In this document: piece by piece, positions 43,000 through 44,178 of the stretch
Layout of the letters: each line of letters begins with the position of its first letter
Numbering within the stretch: position 1 is the stretch's first letter
Assembly: GCA_004375695.1 (NCBI GenBank)
Contig: SOKQ01000037.1
Coordinates: forward strand, 1 to 44,178
Direction of reading: 5' to 3'
Length of the DNA stretch: 44,178 nt
Source: Hadesarchaea archaeon
Lineage (GTDB): Archaea; Hadarchaeota; Hadarchaeia; Hadarchaeales; Hadarchaeaceae
Position numbers and translations under genes: made by a program
The notes under the pieces: generated by a model
Told to the model about the DNA's origin: nothing
Database searches by the model: none
The model's input: the letters and a program-made list of their open reading frames with translations, nothing else

Positions 43000-43752
43000 A
43001 TGAGTGCTCAAGCGATCTATGTGCTCTGGCTCCGCGACATGAAGTGGTTCCTACGGGCCAAAGCTAGGATAATATCCACAATCGTGATGCCTTTCTTATG
43101 GCTCGCGATTCTCGGGATGGGTTTAGGCGCAGTCACCCAAATTCCAGGTGTCGGGAACTACATCGATTTTTTGGCCCCAGGAATTGTGGCGATGGCGATT
43201 CTTTTCAACGCGACGATGTCTGGGGTTTCGGTGTTATGGGATAAGCAGTTCGGGTTCATGAAGGAGATTCTCGTAGCCCCAGTTTCGCGGATATCCATCA
43301 TGCTCGGCAAGACATTTGGAGGGACAACGACCTCGATCATTCAAGGGGTAATGTTGCTTTTAGTCGCGGGATTGATCGGGGCGAAAATGCCTGGGCCCGC
43401 TGGGTTTCTCTTGGCTTTACTTTTCATGATTGTTCTCGCCATCGGTTTCGTCGGTTTGGGTCTAGCGATTGCTTCGAGAATAGAAGATCCAGTCGCGTTC
43501 CCGCTCGTGATAAATTTCCTCATCATGCCACTCTTTTTCCTGTCAGGGGCAATTTTCCCAATAAGTATGGCGCCTGAGTGGCTGAGGTCAATCTCCTACA
43601 TCAATCCGGTGACGTATGGGGTCGACGGCTTGCGGGGGGTCATCATTGGGGTATCTGAGTTTCCGATATGGCTTGACTTAGGCATTTTAGCGATTTTCTC
43701 GTTGGCCATGGTTCTATTGGGCGCATATTTGTTCAAAAAGATGTCAGCTTGA
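43000..43752 (+). CDS. ABC-2 type transporter permease
   Basis: 250 aa with 6 predicted transmembrane helices. Begins 4 nt after the ATPase stop. The N-terminus LWLRDMKWFLRAKARIIS is typical of ABC-2 permeases. Confidence 0.85.
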   Translation: MSAQAIYVLWLRDMKWFLRAKARIISTIVMPFLWLAILGMGLGAVTQIPGVGNYIDFLAPGIVAMAILFNATMSGVSVLWDKQFGFMKEILVAPVSRISIMLGKTFGGTTTSIIQGVMLLLVAGLIGAKMPGPAGFLLALLFMIVLAIGFVGLGLAIASRIEDPVAFPLVINFLIMPLFFLSGAIFPISMAPEWLRSISYINPVTYGVDGLRGVIIGVSEFPIWLDLGILAIFSLAMVLLGAYLFKKMSA

Positions 43753-43841
43753 TTCCCAGAGATTCATCAGAAATAAATATGTGATACAGATAAAACACAT
43801 TGCGAAGTTAAGAAATCCGTCAAAGTTAAAATGGTGAGATA

Positions 43842-44054
43842 ATGCCAATTGAGGGGCATGTAGAGTATAAAAAGCGAGAATTTTGCAACGACGTGAGATG
43901 TCCGGTGCAGCTGGCTTTAAACTCTCAAAAGGAGGGTTCGGAAGAATACGAAAAAATAAGGCAAACTTGTAAAACAAATTGTAAACATACCACGTGGGGG
44001 TTCCATCATTGGTTAATAGAGAAAGGCTATTTAATCGTCAAACCTGAAAAATAA
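43842..44054 (+). CDS. hypothetical small Cys/His-rich protein
   Basis: 70 aa with 5 Cys and several His (CNDVRCP...CKTNCKH). No family recognised. Confidence 0.35.
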   Translation: MPIEGHVEYKKREFCNDVRCPVQLALNSQKEGSEEYEKIRQTCKTNCKHTTWGFHHWLIEKGYLIVKPEK

Positions 44055-44067
44055 AGGAGGCGTGAGA

Positions 44068-44178
44068 ATGGATTGGGGAATGAAAAACAGGCTTGCACAA
44101 CTAATTCAACGTGATGGTAGGGTTCTCTTTTTGCCCATAGATCACGGGTATTTTCAAGGGCCCACACGTAAATTAGAG
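44068..44178 (+). CDS. class I aldolase, DhnA/FbaB/ADH-synthase family, 5' fragment (continues beyond the window)
   Basis: ATG at 44068 is preceded by AAGGAGG. The translation MDWGMKNRLAQLIQRDGRVLFLPIDHGYFQGPT matches the family N-terminus (..G...Rl.ri...dgr.....P.DHG...GP). Confidence 0.6.
   Translation, partial: MDWGMKNRLAQLIQRDGRVLFLPIDHGYFQGPTRKLE

Noticed and set aside
1-44178. CRISPR arrays, rRNA genes, IS elements or integrase/transposase genes
   Set aside because: I looked for regularly spaced direct repeats, rRNA-like conserved stretches, terminal inverted repeats and recombinase motifs in the ORF track. None was found. The only repeat family is the 40.4-41.8 kb unit reported above.

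Overview
The window looks like an archaeal chromosomal segment, probably euryarchaeal (Thermoplasmata- or methanogen-related). Markers are SepCysS, a CetZ-type tubulin, an aTrm11-like THUMP methylase, the UPF0200/UPF0201 pair, prepilin-like class III signal peptides, TATA-like boxes and a tRNA without encoded CCA. All family calls come from reading motifs in the supplied translations; no database search was possible. I support about 55 protein genes and one tRNA, and found no rRNA, CRISPR array, IS element or integrase.

Gene order:
- 1-4.0 kb: GTPase 3' end, then argC-argH-argG.
- 4.1-9.5 kb: an orphan ubiquitin-like (Ubl) protein, then an arsenic/thiol-redox block (arsR, acr3, CcdA-thioredoxin fusion, two thioredoxin-fold proteins, COG0701 permease). 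Two copies of one palindromic operator sit here. The 6.1-8.4 kb part is markedly AT-rich.
- 9.6-15.6 kb: engB, then a six-gene minus-strand sulfur operon (COG1900-CBS, NIL-ferredoxin, COG2122/UPF0280, Ubl ending in GG, ThiF-type E1, SepCysS) preceded by a decayed nifS stub.
- 15.7-19.4 kb: copA plus an untracked YHS gene, and trxB.
- 19.6-32.7 kb: housekeeping genes (nfnAB-like, gdhA, dCMP deaminase, rnz, Trm11-like, prs, radical SAM, MBL hydrolase, VIT1, CaCA).
- 33.2-37.6 kb: a tightly coupled six-gene operon in which every product starts with a prepilin-like leader. No assembly ATPase, platform protein or peptidase is in the window.
- 37.7-40.3 kb: GIY-YIG, two membrane proteins, a CetZ-like tubulin.
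- 40.3-42.0 kb: a non-coding/accessory patch next to a tRNA. It holds three copies of a repeat whose head matches the tRNA 3' end, 11-bp phased iterons, and a small-protein/Doc-like pair whose catalytic His is Gln.
- 42.0-44.2 kb: ABC-2 transporter and the 5' end of a DhnA-type aldolase.

Most interesting items:
1. Ubl and E1 embedded between sulfide-assimilation genes and SepCysS, suggesting a protein-thiocarboxylate sulfur relay.
2. The orphan prepilin-like operon.
3. The tRNA-proximal repeat/iteron/Doc-like patch.
4. A recurring pattern in which conserved N-termini lie upstream of the first canonical start but are preceded by a Shine-Dalgarno (SD) site plus ACG or ATA.
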